Shown: positions 44,604-59,800 of the stretch, piece after piece
Numbering within the stretch: the first letter of the stretch is position 1
How the letters are laid out: every line of letters begins with the position of its first letter
Translations under genes and position numbers: made by a program
Origin: the human T2T-CHM13v2.0 reference genome, Homo sapiens
DNA: 64,000 nt
Strand: one strand, 5' to 3'
NCBI RefSeq assembly: GCF_009914755.1
Contig: NC_060925.1
The notes under the pieces: generated by a model
Told to the model about the DNA's origin: nothing
The model's database searches: none
The model's input: only the letters and a program-made list of their open reading frames with translations

Positions 44604-46457
44604 ATGAAATTGAAATGGATGGACTCATCATCGAATGGATTCGAATGGAATCATCGAATAAAATTGATTGAAATCATCATCGAATGGAATCGAATGGTAT
44701 CATTGAATGGAATCGAATGGAATCATCATCAGATGGAAATGAATGGAATCGCCATAGAATGGAATCGAATGGATTCATTGAATGGAATCAGATGGAATCA
44801 TCGAATGGACTGGAATGGAATCATTGAATGGACTCGAAAGGGATCATGATTGAATGGAATTGAATGGAATCATCGAATGGTCTCGATTGGAATCATTATC
44901 AAATGGAATCGAATGGAATCACCGAATAGAATCGAATGGAACAATCATCGAATGGACTCAAATGGAATTATCCTCAAATGGAATCGAATGGAATTATCGA
45001 ATGCAATCGAATGGAATTATCGAATGCAATCGAATAGAATCATCGAATGGACTCGAATGGAATCATCGAATGGAATGGAATGGAACAGTCAATGAACTCG
45101 AATGGAATCATCATTGAATGGAATCGAATGGAATCATCAAGTGGAATCGAATGGAATTATGATCAAATGGAATCGAATGTAATCATCATCAAATGGAATA
45201 AAAAATAACCATCATCAATTGGTATTGAATGGAATTGTCATCAAATGGAATTCAAAGGAATCATCATCAAATGGAACCGAATGGAATCCTCATTGAATGG
45301 AAATGAAAGGGGTCATCATCTAATGGAATCGCATGGAATCATCATCAAATGGAATCGAAGGGAATCATCATCAAATGGAATCTAATGGAATCATTGAACA
45401 GAATTGAATGGAATCGTCATCGAATGAATTGAATGCAATCATCGAATGGTCTCGAATGGAATCATCTTCTAATGGAAAGGAATGGAATCATCGCATAGAA
45501 TCGAATGGAATTATCATCGAATGGAATCGAATGGTATCAACACCAAACGGAAAAAAACGGAATTATCGAATGGAATCGAAGAGAATCTTCGAACAGACCC
45601 GAATGGAATCATCTAATGGAATGGAATGGAATAATCCATGGACTCGAATGCAATCATCATCGAATGGAATGGAATGGAATCATCGAATGGACTCGAATGG
45701 AATAATCATTGAACGGAATCGAATGGAATCATCATCGGATGGAAACGAATGGAATCATCATCGAATGGAAATGAAAGGAGTCATCATCTAATGGAATCGC
45801 ATGGAATCATCATAAAATGGAATCGAATGGAATCAACATCAAATGGAATCAAATGGAATCATTGAACGGAATTGAATGGAATCGTCATCGAATGAATTGA
45901 CTGCAATCATCGAATGGTCTCGAATGGAATCATCTTCAAAAGAAATGGAATGGAATCATCGCATAGAATCGAATGGAATTATCATCGAATGGAATCGAAT
46001 GAAATCAACATCAAACGGAAAAAAACGGAATTATCGAATGGAATCGAAGAGAATCATCGAAAGGACCCGAATGGAATCATCTAATGGAATGGAATGGAAT
46101 AATCCATGGACTCGAATGCAATCATCATCGAATGGAATCGAATGGAATCATCGAATGGACTCGAATGGAATAATCATTGAACGGAATCGAATGGAATCAT
46201 CATCGGATGGAAATGAATGGAATCATCATCGAGTGGAAATGAAAGGAGTCATCATCTAATGCAATTGCATGGAATCATCATAAAATGGAATCGAATGGAA
46301 TCAACATCAAATGGAATCGAATAGAATTATGGAATGAAATCCAGTGTGATCATCATCGAATGGACCCGAATGCAATCATCATCCAACGGAAGCTAATGGA
46401 ATCAACATCGAATGAATCGAATGGAAACACCATCGAATTGAAACGAATGGAATTATC
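44604..46457 (+). repeat. 1854 bp unit (+468 -390); junction ~46310-46318
   Basis: Spacing 44604 to 46458 is 1854. The junction reads CAACATCA-AATGGAATC-GAATAGAATT. Confidence 0.9.
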
Positions 46458-48233
46458 ATGAAATTGAAATGGATGGACTCATCATCGAATGGATTCGAAT
46501 GGAATCATCGAATAAAATTGATTGAAATCATCATCAAATGGAATCGAATGGTATCATTGAATGGAATCGAATGGAATCATCATCAGATGGAAATGAATGG
46601 AATCGTCATAGAATGGAATCGAATGGATTCATTGAATGGAATCAGATGGAATCATCGAATGGACTGGAATGGAATCATTGAATGGACTCGAAAGGGATCA
46701 TTATTGAATGGAATTGAATGGAATCATCGAATGGTCTCGATTGGAATCATTATCAAATGGAATCGAATGGAATCACCGAATAGAATCGAATGGAACAATC
46801 ATCGAATGGACTCAAATGGAATTATCCTCAAATGGAATCGCATGGAATTATTGAATGCAATCGAATGGAATTATCGAATGCAATCGAATAGAATCATCGA
46901 ATGGACTCGAATGGAATCATCGAATGGAATGGAATGGAACAGTCAATGAACTCGAATGGAATCATCATTGAATGGAATCGAATGGAATCATCGAGTGGAA
47001 TCGAATGGAATTATGATCAAATGGAATCGAATGTAATCATCATCAAATGGAATCAAAAATAACCATCATCAATTGGTATTGAATGGAATTGTCATCAAAT
47101 GGAATTCAAAGGAATCATCATCAAATGGAACCGAATGGAATCCTCATTGAATGGAAATGAAAGGTGTCATCATCTAATGGAATCGCACGGAATCATCATC
47201 AAATGGAATCGAATGGAATCATCATCAAATGGAATCTAATGGAATCATTGAACAGAATTGAATGGAATCGTCATCGAATGAATTGAATGCAATCATCGAA
47301 TGGTCTCGAATGGAATCATCTTCTAATGGAAAGGAATGGAATCATCGCATAGAATCGAATGGAATTATCATCGAATGGAATCGAATGGTATCAACACCAA
47401 ACGGAAAAAAACGGAATTATCGAATGGAATCGAAGAGAATCTTCGAACGGACCCGAATGGAATCATCTAATGGAATGGAATGGAATAATCCATGGACTCG
47501 AATGCAATCATCATCGAATGGAATGGAATGGAATCATCGAATGGACTCGAATGGAATAATCATTGAACGGAATCGAATGGAATCATCATCGGATGGAAAC
47601 GAATGGAATCATCATCGAATGGAAATGAAAGGAGTCATCATCTAATGGAATTGCATGGAATCATCATAAAATGGAATCGAATGGAATCAACATCAAATGG
47701 AATCAAATGGAATCATTGAACGGAATTGAATGGAATCGTCATCGAATGAATTGACTGCAATCATCGAATGGTCTCGAATGGAATCATCTTCAAATGGAAT
47801 GGAATGGAATCATCGCATAGAATCGAATGGAATTATCATCGAATGGAATCGAATGGAATCAACATCCAACGGAAAAAAACGGAATTATCGAATGGAATCG
47901 AAGAGAATCATCGAATGGACCCGAATGGAATCATCTAATGGAATGGAATGGAATAATCCATGGACTCGAATGCAATCATCATCGAATGGAATCGAATGGA
48001 ATCATCGAATGGACTCGAATGGAATAATCATTGAACGGAATCGAATGGAATCATCATCGGATGGAAATGAATGGAATCATCATCGAATGGAATCGAATAG
48101 AATTATGGAATGAAATCCAGTGTGATCATCATCGAAAGGACCCGAATGGAATCATCATCCAACGGAAGCTAATGGAATCAACATCGAATGAATCGAATGG
48201 AAACACCATCGAATTGAAACGAATGGAATTATC

Positions 48234-49619
48234 ATGAAATTGAAATGGATGGACTCATCATCGAATGGATTCGAATGGAATCATCGAATAAAATTGATTG
48301 AAATCATCATCGAATGGAATCGAATGGTATCATTGAATGGAATCGAATGTAATCATCCTCAGATGGAAATGAATGGAATCGTCATAGAATGGAATCGAAT
48401 GGATTCATTGAATGGAATCAGATGGAATCATCGAATGGACTGGAATGGAATCATTGAATGGACTCGAAAGGGATCATGATTGAATGGAATTGAATGGAAT
48501 CATCGAATGGTCTCGATTGGAATCGTTATCAAATGGAATCGAATGGAATCACCGAATAGAATCGAATGGAACAATCATCGAATGGACTCAAATGGAATTA
48601 TCCTCCAATGGAATCGAATGGAATTATCGAATGCAATCGAATGGAATTATCGAATGCAATCGAATAGAATCATCGAATGGACTCGAATGGAATCATCGAA
48701 TGGAATGGAATGGAACAGTCAATGAACTCGAATGGAATCATCATTGAATGGAATCGAATGGAATCATCGAGTGGAATCGAATGGAATTATGATCAAATGG
48801 AATCGAATGTAATCATCATCAAATGGAATCAAAAATAACCATCATCAATTGGTATCGAATGGAATTGTCATCAAATGGAATTCAAAGGAATCATCATCAA
48901 ATGGAACCGAATGGAATCCTCATTGAATGGAAATGAAAGGGGTCATCATCTAATGGAATCGCATGGAATCATCATCAAATGGAATCGAATGGAATCATCA
49001 TCAAATGGAATCTAATGGAATCATTGAACAGAATTGAATGGAATCGTCATCGAATGAATTGAATGCAATCATCGAATGGTCTCGAATGGAATCATCTTCT
49101 AATGGAAAGGAATGGAATCATCGCATAGAATCGAATGGAATTATCATCGAATGGAATCGAATGGTATCAACACCAAACGGAAAAAAACGGAATTATCGAA
49201 TGGAATCGAAGAGAATCTTCGAACGGACCCGAATGGAATCATCTAATGGAATGGAATGGAATAATCCATGGACTCGAATGCAATCATCATCGAATGGAAT
49301 CGAATGGAATCATCGAATGGACTCGAATGGAATAATCATTGAACGGAATCGAATGGAATCATTATCAGATGGAAACGAATGGAATCATCATCGAATGGAA
49401 ATGAAAGGAGTCATCATCTAATGGAATTGCATGGAATCATCATAAAATGGAATCGAATGGAATCATCATCGAATGGAATCGAATAGAATTATGGAATGAA
49501 ATCCAGTGTGATCATCATCGAATGGACCCGAATGGAATCATCATCCAACGGAAGCTAATGGAATCAACATCGAATGAATCGAATGGAAACACCATCGAAT
49601 TGAAACGAATGGAATTATC
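48234..49619 (+). repeat. 1386 bp unit, copy 2; junction ~49455
   Basis: Same junction and private SNVs (TGTAATCATCCTCAG, CGTTATC, GGTATCG, ATTATCAGAT) as the unit at 33402. Confidence 0.92.
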
Positions 49620-51863
49620 ATGAAATTGAAATGGATGGACTCATCATCGAATGGATTCGAATGGAATCATCGAATAAAATTGATTGAAATCATCATCAAA
49701 TGGAATCGGATGGTATCATTGAATGGAATCGAATGGAATCATCATCAGATGGAAATGAATGGAATCGTCATAGAATGGAATCGAATGGATTCATTGAATG
49801 GAATCAGATGGAATCATCGAATGGACTGGAATGGAATCATTGAATGGACTCGAAAGGGATCATGATTGAATGGAATTGAATGGAATCATCGAATGGTCTC
49901 GATTGGAATCATTATCAAATGGAATCGAATGGAATCACCGAATAGAATCGAATGGAACAATCATCGAATGGACTCAAATGGAATTATCCTCCAATGGAAT
50001 CGAATGGAATTATCGAATGCAATCGAATGGAATTATCGAATGCAATCGAATAGAATCATCGAATGGACTCGAATGGAATCATCGAATGGAATGGAATGGA
50101 ACAGTCAATGAACTCGAATGGAATCATCATTGAATGGAATCCAATGGAATCATCGAGTGGAATCGAATGGAATTATGATCAAATGGAATCGAATGTAATC
50201 ATCATCAAATGGAATCAAAAATAACCATCATCAATTGGTATTGAATGGAATTGTCATCAAATGGAATTCAAAGGAATCATCATCAAATGGAACCGAATGG
50301 AATCCTCATTGAATGGAAATGAAAGGGGTCATCATCTAATGGAATCGCATGGAATCATCATCAAATGGAATCGAATGGAATCATCATCAAATGGAATCTA
50401 ATGGAATCATTGAACAGAATTGAATGGAATCGTCATCGAATGAATTGAATGCAATCATCGAATGGTCTCGAATGGAATCATCTTCTAATGGAAAGGAATG
50501 GAATCATCGCATAGAATCGAATGGAATTATCATCGAATGGAATCGAATGGTATCAACACCAAACGGAAAAAAACGGAATTATCGAATGGAATCGAAGAGA
50601 ATCTTCGAACAGACCCGAATGGAATCATCTAATGGAATGGAATGGAATAATCCATGGACTCGAATGCAATCATCATCGAATGGAATGGAATGGAATCATC
50701 GAATGGACTCGAATGGAATAATCATTGAACGGAATCGAATGGAATCATCATCGGATGGAAACGAATGGAATCATCATCGAATGGAAATGAAAGGAGTCAT
50801 CATCTAATGGAATTGCATGGAATCATCATAAAATGGAATCGAATGGAATCAACATCAAATGGAATCAAATGGAATCATTGAACGGAATTGAATGGAATCG
50901 TCATCGAATGAATTGAATGCAATCATCGAATGGTCTCGAATGGAATCATCTTCAAAAGAAATGGAATGGAATCATCGCATAGAATCGAATGGAATTATCA
51001 TCGAATGGAATCGAATGGAATCAACATCAAACGGAAAAAAACGGAATTATCGAATGGAATCGAAGAGAATCATCGAAAGGACCCGAATGGAATCATCTAA
51101 TGGAATGGAATGGAATAATCCATGGACTCGAATGCAATCATCATCGAATGGAATCGAATGGAATCATCGAATGGACTCGAATGGAATAATCATTGAACGG
51201 AATCGAATGGAATCATCATCGGATGGAAATGAATGGAATCATCATCGAGTGGAAATGAAAGGAGTCATCATCTAATGCAATTGCATGGAATCATCATAAA
51301 ATGGAATCGAATGGAATCAACATCAAATGGAATCTAATGGAATCATTGAACAGAATTGAATGGAATCGTCATCGAATGAATTGACTGCAATCATCGAATG
51401 GTCTCGAATGGAATCATCTTCAAATGGAATGGAATGGAATCATCGCATAGAATCGAATGGAATTATCATCGAATGGAATCGAATGGAATCAACATCAAAC
51501 GGAAAAAAACGGAATTATCGAATGGAATCGAAGAGAATCATCGAATGGACCCGAATGGAATCATCTAATGGAATGGAATGGAATAATCCATGGACTCGAA
51601 TGCAATCATCATCGAATGGAATCGAATGGAATCATCGAATGGACTCGAATGGAATAATCATTGAACGGAATTGAATGGAATCATCATCGGATGGAAATGA
51701 ATGGAATCATCATCGAATGGAATCGAATAGATTTATGGAATGAAATCCAGTGTGATCATCATCGAATGGACCCGAATGGAATCATCATCCAACGGAAGCT
51801 AATGGAATCAACATCGAATGAATCAAATGGAAACACCATCGAATTGAAACGAATGGAATTATT
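49620..51863 (+). repeat. 2244 bp unit with three 468 bp sub-repeats (recombinant 5' part)
   Basis: Sub-repeat starts at 50424, 50892 and 51360. The 5' SNVs match unit 34788 and the 3' SNVs match unit 42360. Confidence 0.9.
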
Positions 51864-53717
51864 ATGAAATTGAAATGGATGGACTCATCATCGAATGGAT
51901 TCGAATGGAATCATCGAATAAAATTGATTGAAATCATCATCGAATGGAATCGAATGGTATCATTGAATGGAATCGAATGGAATCATCATCAGATGGAAAT
52001 GAATGGAATCGCCATAGAATGGAATCGAATGGATTCATTGAATGGAATCAGATGGAATCATCGAATGGACTGGAATGGAATCATTGAATGGACTCGAAAG
52101 GGATCATGATTGAATGGAATTGAATGGAATCATCGAATGGTCTCGATTGGAATCATTATCAAATGGAATCGAATGGAATCACCGAATAGAATCGAATGGA
52201 ACAATCATCGAATGGACTCAAATGGAATTATCCTCAAATGGAATCGAATGGAATTATCGAATGCAATCGAATGGAATTATCGAATGCAATCGAATAGAAT
52301 CATCGAATGGACTCGAATGGAATCATCGAATGGAATGGAATGGAACAGTCAATGAACTCGAATGGAATCATCATTGAATGGAATCGAATGGAATCATCAA
52401 GTGGAATCGAATGGAATTATGATCAAATGGAATCGAATGTAATCATCATCAAATGGAATAAAAAATAACCATCATCAATTGGTATTGAATGGAATTGTCA
52501 TCAAATGGAATTCAAAGGAATCATCATCAAATGGAACCGAATGGAATCCTCATTGAATGGAAATGAAAGGGGTCATCATCTAATGGAATCGCATGGAATC
52601 ATCATCAAATGGAATCGAAGGGAATCATCATCAAATGGAATCTAATGGAATCATTGAACAGAATTGAATGGAATCGTCATCGAATGAATTGAATGCAATC
52701 ATCGAATGGTCTCGAATGGAATCATCTTCTAATGGAAAGGAATGGAATCATCGCATAGAATCGAATGGAATTATCATCGAATGGAATCGAATGGTATCAA
52801 CACCAAACGGAAAAAAACGGAATTATCGAATGGAATCGAAGAGAATCTTCGAACAGACCCGAATGGAATCATCTAATGGAATGGAATGGAATAATCCATG
52901 GACTCGAATGCAATCATCATCGAATGGAATGGAATGGAATCATCGAATGGACTCGAATGGAATAATCATTGAACGGAATCGAATGGAATCATCATCGGAT
53001 GGAAACGAATGGAATCATCATCGAATGGAAATGAAAGGAGTCATCATCTAATGGAATCGCATGGAATCATCATAAAATGGAATCGAATGGAATCAACATC
53101 AAATGGAATCAAATGGAATCATTGAACGGAATTGAATGGAATCGTCATCGAATGAATTGACTGCAATCATCGAATGGTCTCGAATGGAATCATCTTCAAA
53201 AGAAATGGAATGGAATCATCGCATAGAATCGAATGGAATTATCATCGAATGGAATCGAATGAAATCAACATCAAACGGAAAAAAACGGAATTATCGAATG
53301 GAATCGAAGAGAATCATCGAAAGGACCCGAATGGAATCATCTAATGGAATGGAATGGAATAATCCATGGACTCGAATGCAATCATCATCGAATGGAATCG
53401 AATGGAATCATCGAATGGACTCGAATGGAATAATCATTGAACGGAATCGAATGGAATCATCATCGGATGGAAATGAATGGAATCATCATCGAGTGGAAAT
53501 GAAAGGAGTCATCATCTAATGCAATTGCATGGAATCATCATAAAATGGAATCGAATGGAATCAACATCAAATGGAATCGAATAGAATTATGGAATGAAAT
53601 CCAGTGTGATCATCATCGAATGGACCCGAATGCAATCATCATCCAACGGAAGCTAATGGAATCAACATCGAATGAATCGAATGGAAACACCATCGAATTG
53701 AAACGAATGGAATTATC
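51864..53717 (+). repeat. 1854 bp unit, copy 2; junction ~53570-53578
   Basis: Same junction and SNVs as 44604-46457, at offset 7260. Confidence 0.9.
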
Positions 53718-55493
53718 ATGAAATTGAAATGGATGGACTCATCATCGAATGGATTCGAATGGAATCATCGAATAAAATTGATTGAAATCATCATCAAATG
53801 GAATCGAATGGTATCATTGAATGGAATCGAATGGAATCATCATCAGATGGAAATGAATGGAATCGTCATAGAATGGAATCGAATGGATTCATTGAATGGA
53901 ATCAGATGGAATCATCGAATGGACTGGAATGGAATCATTGAATGGACTCGAAAGGGATCATTATTGAATGGAATTGAATGGAATCATCGAATGGTCTCGA
54001 TTGGAATCATTATCAAATGGAATCGAATGGAATCACCGAATAGAATCGAATGGAACAATCATCGAATGGACTCAAATGGAATTATCCTCAAATGGAATCG
54101 CATGGAATTATTGAATGCAATCGAATGGAATTATCGAATGCAATCGAATAGAATCATCGAATGGACTCGAATGGAATCATCGAATGGAATGGAATGGAAC
54201 AGTCAATGAACTCGAATGGAATCATCATTGAATGGAATCGAATGGAATCATCGAGTGGAATCGAATGGAATTATGATCAAATGGAATCGAATGTAATCAT
54301 CATCAAATGGAATCAAAAATAACCATCATCAATTGGTATTGAATGGAATTGTCATCAAATGGAATTCAAAGGAATCATCATCAAATGGAACCGAATGGAA
54401 TCCTCATTGAATGGAAATGAAAGGTGTCATCATCTAATGGAATCGCACGGAATCATCATCAAATGGAATCGAATGGAATCATCATCAAATGGAATCTAAT
54501 GGAATCATTGAACAGAATTGAATGGAATCGTCATCGAATGAATTGAATGCAATCATCGAATGGTCTCGAATGGAATCATCTTCTAATGGAAAGGAATGGA
54601 ATCATCGCATAGAATCGAATGGAATTATCATCGAATGGAATCGAATGGTATCAACACCAAACGGAAAAAAACGGAATTATCGAATGGAATCGAAGAGAAT
54701 CTTCGAACGGACCCGAATGGAATCATCTAATGGAATGGAATGGAATAATCCATGGACTCGAATGCAATCATCATCGAATGGAATGGAATGGAATCATCGA
54801 ATGGACTCGAATGGAATAATCATTGAACGGAATCGAATGGAATCATCATCGGATGGAAACGAATGGAATCATCATCGAATGGAAATGAAAGGAGTCATCA
54901 TCTAATGGAATTGCATGGAATCATCATAAAATGGAATCGAATGGAATCAACATCAAATGGAATCAAATGGAATCATTGAACGGAATTGAATGGAATCGTC
55001 ATCGAATGAATTGACTGCAATCATCGAATGGTCTCGAATGGAATCATCTTCAAATGGAATGGAATGGAATCATCGCATAGAATCGAATGGAATTATCATC
55101 GAATGGAATCGAATGGAATCAACATCCAACGGAAAAAAACGGAATTATCGAATGGAATCGAAGAGAATCATCGAATGGACCCGAATGGAATCATCTAATG
55201 GAATGGAATGGAATAATCCATGGACTCGAATGCAATCATCATCGAATGGAATCGAATGGAATCATCGAATGGACTCGAATGGAATAATCATTGAACGGAA
55301 TCGAATGGAATCATCATCGGATGGAAATGAATGGAATCATCATCGAATGGAATCGAATAGAATTATGGAATGAAATCCAGTGTGATCATCATCGAAAGGA
55401 CCCGAATGGAATCATCATCCAACGGAAGCTAATGGAATCAACATCGAATGAATCGAATGGAAACACCATCGAATTGAAACGAATGGAATTATC

Positions 55494-56879
55494 ATGAAAT
55501 TGAAATGGATGGACTCATCATCGAATGGATTCGAATGGAATCATCGAATAAAATTGATTGAAATCATCATCGAATGGAATCGAATGGTATCATTGAATGG
55601 AATCGAATGTAATCATCCTCAGATGGAAATGAATGGAATCGTCATAGAATGGAATCGAATGGATTCATTGAATGGAATCAGATGGAATCATCGAATGGAC
55701 TGGAATGGAATCATTGAATGGACTCGAAAGGGATCATGATTGAATGGAATTGAATGGAATCATCGAATGGTCTCGATTGGAATCGTTATCAAATGGAATC
55801 GAATGGAATCACCGAATAGAATCGAATGGAACAATCATCGAATGGACTCAAATGGAATTATCCTCCAATGGAATCGAATGGAATTATCGAATGCAATCGA
55901 ATGGAATTATCGAATGCAATCGAATAGAATCATCGAATGGACTCGAATGGAATCATCGAATGGAATGGAATGGAACAGTCAATGAACTCGAATGGAATCA
56001 TCATTGAATGGAATCGAATGGAATCATCGAGTGGAATCGAATGGAATTATGATCAAATGGAATCGAATGTAATCATCATCAAATGGAATCAAAAATAACC
56101 ATCATCAATTGGTATCGAATGGAATTGTCATCAAATGGAATTCAAAGGAATCATCATCAAATGGAACCGAATGGAATCCTCATTGAATGGAAATGAAAGG
56201 GGTCATCATCTAATGGAATCGCATGGAATCATCATCAAATGGAATCGAATGGAATCATCATCAAATGGAATCTAATGGAATCATTGAACAGAATTGAATG
56301 GAATCGTCATCGAATGAATTGAATGCAATCATCGAATGGTCTCGAATGGAATCATCTTCTAATGGAAAGGAATGGAATCATCGCATAGAATCGAATGGAA
56401 TTATCATCGAATGGAATCGAATGGTATCAACACCAAACGGAAAAAAACGGAATTATCGAATGGAATCGAAGAGAATCTTCGAACGGACCCGAATGGAATC
56501 ATCTAATGGAATGGAATGGAATAATCCATGGACTCGAATGCAATCATCATCGAATGGAATCGAATGGAATCATCGAATGGACTCGAATGGAATAATCATT
56601 GAACGGAATCGAATGGAATCATTATCAGATGGAAACGAATGGAATCATCATCGAATGGAAATGAAAGGAGTCATCATCTAATGGAATTGCATGGAATCAT
56701 CATAAAATGGAATCGAATGGAATCATCATCGAATGGAATCGAATAGAATTATGGAATGAAATCCAGTGTGATCATCATCGAATGGACCCGAATGGAATCA
56801 TCATCCAACGGAAGCTAATGGAATCAACATCGAATGAATCGAATGGAAACACCATCGAATTGAAACGAATGGAATTATC
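55494..56879 (+). repeat. 1386 bp unit, copy 3; junction ~56715
   Basis: Same junction and private SNVs as the units at 33402 and 48234. Confidence 0.92.
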
Positions 56880-59800
56880 ATGAAATTGAAATGGATGGAC
56901 TCATCATCGAATGGATTCGAATGGAATCATCGAATAAAATTGATTGAAATCATCATCAAATGGAATCGGATGGTATCATTGAATGGAATCGAATGGAATC
57001 ATCATCAGATGGAAATGAATGGAATCGTCATAGAATGGAATCGAATGGATTCATTGAATGGAATCAGATGGAATCATCGAATGGACTGGAATGGAATCAT
57101 TGAATGGACTCGAAAGGGATCATGATTGAATGGAATTGAATGGAATCATCGAATGGTCTCGATTGGAATCATTATCAAATGGAATCGAATGGAATCACCG
57201 AATAGAATCGAATGGAACAATCATCGAATGGACTCAAATGGAATTATCCTCCAATGGAATCGAATGGAATTATCGAATGCAATCGAATGGAATTATCGAA
57301 TGCAATCGAATAGAATCATCGAATGGACTCGAATGGAATCATCGAATGGAATGGAATGGAACAGTCAATGAACTCGAATGGAATCATCATTGAATGGAAT
57401 CCAATGGAATCATCGAGTGGAATCGAATGGAATTATGATCAAATGGAATCGAATGTAATCATCATCAAATGGAATCAAAAATAACCATCATCAATTGGTA
57501 TTGAATGGAATTGTCATCAAATGGAATTCAAAGGAATCATCATCAAATGGAACCGAATGGAATCCTCATTGAATGGAAATGAAAGGGGTCATCATCTAAT
57601 GGAATCGCATGGAATCATCATCAAATGGAATCGAATGGAATCATCATCAAATGGAATCTAATGGAATCATTGAACAGAATTGAATGGAATCGTCATCGAA
57701 TGAATTGAATGCAATCATCGAATGGTCTCGAATGGAATCATCTTCTAATGGAAAGGAATGGAATCATCGCATAGAATCGAATGGAATTATCATCGAATGG
57801 AATCGAATGGTATCAACACCAAACGGAAAAAAACGGAATTATCGAATGGAATCGAAGAGAATCTTCGAACGGACCCGAATGGAATCATCTAATGGAATGG
57901 AATGGAATAATCCATGGACTCGAATGCAATCATCATCGAATGGAATGGAATGGAATCATCGAATGGACTCGAATGGAATAATCATTGAACGGAATCGAAT
58001 GGAATCATCATCGGATGGAAACGAATGGAATCATCATCGAATGGAAATGAAAGGAGTCATCATCTAATGGAATTGCATGGAATCATCATAAAATGGAATC
58101 GAATGGAATCAACATCAAATGGAATCAAATGGAATCATTGAACGGAATTGAATGGAATCGTCATCGAATGAATTGACTGCAATCATCGAATGGTCTCGAA
58201 TGGAATCACCTTCAAATGGAATGGAATGGAATCATCGCATAGAATCGAATGGACTTATCATCGAATGGAATCGAATGGAATCAACATCAAACGGAAAAAA
58301 ACGGAATTATCGAATGGAATCGAAGAGAATCATCGAATGGACCCGAATGGAATCATCTAATGGAATGGAATGGAATAATCCATGGACTCGAATGCAATCA
58401 TCATCGAATGGAATCGAATGGAATCATCCAATGGACTCGAATGGAATAATCATTGAACGGAATCGAATGGAATCATCATCGGATGGAAATGAATGGAATC
58501 ATCATCGAATGGAATCGAATAGAATTATGGAATGAAATCCAGTGTGATCATCATCGAATGGACCCGAATGGAATCATCATCCAACGGAAGCTAATGGAAT
58601 CAACATCGAATGAATCGAATGGAAACACCATCGAATTGAAACGAATGGAATTATCATGAAATTGAAATGGATGGACTCATCATCGAATGGATTCGAATGG
58701 AATCATCGAATAAAATTGATTGAAATCATCATCGAATGGAATCGAATGGTATCATTGAATGGAATCGAATGGAATCATCATCAGATGGAAATGAATGGAA
58801 TCGTCATAGAATGGAATCGAATGGATTCATTGAATGGAATCAGATGGAATCATCGAATGGACTGGAATGGAATCATTGAATGGACTCGAAAGGGATCATG
58901 ATTGAATGGAATTGAATGGAATCATCGAATGGTCTCGATTGGAATCATTATCAAATGGAATCGAATGGAATCACCGAATACAATCGAATGGAACAATCAT
59001 CGAATGGACTCAAATGGAATTATCCTCAAATGGAATCGAATGGAATTATCGAATGCAATCGAATTGAATTATCGAATGCAATCGAATAGATTCATCGAAT
59101 GGACTCGAATGGAATCATCGAATGGAATGGAATGGAACAGTCAATGAACACGAATGGAATCATCATTGAATGGAATCGAATGGAATCATCGAGTGGAATC
59201 GAATGGAATTATGATCAAATGGAATGGAATGTAATCATCATCAAATGGAATCAAAAATAACCATCATCAATTGGTATTGAATGGAATTGTCATCAAATGG
59301 AATTCAAAGGAATCATCATCAAATGGAACCGAATGGTATCCTCATTGAATGGAAATGAAAGGGGTCATCATCTAATGGAATCGCATGGAATCATCATCAA
59401 ATGGAATCGAATGGAATCATCATCAAATGGAATCTAATGGAATCATTGAACAGAATTGAATGGAATCGTCATCGAATGAATTGAATGCAATCATCGAATG
59501 GTCTCGAATGGAATCATCTTCTAATGGAAAGGAATGGAATCATCGCATAGAATCGAATGGAATTATCATCGAATGGAATCGAATGGTATCAACACCAAAC
59601 GGAAAAAAACGGAATTATCGAATGGAATCGAAGAGAATCTTCGAACGGACCCGAATGGAATCATCTAATGGAATGGAATGGAATAATCCATGGACTCGAA
59701 TGCAATCATCATCGAATGGAATCGAATGGAATCATCGAATGGACTCGAATGGAATAATCATTGAACGGAATCGAATGGAATCATCATCGGATGGAAACGA

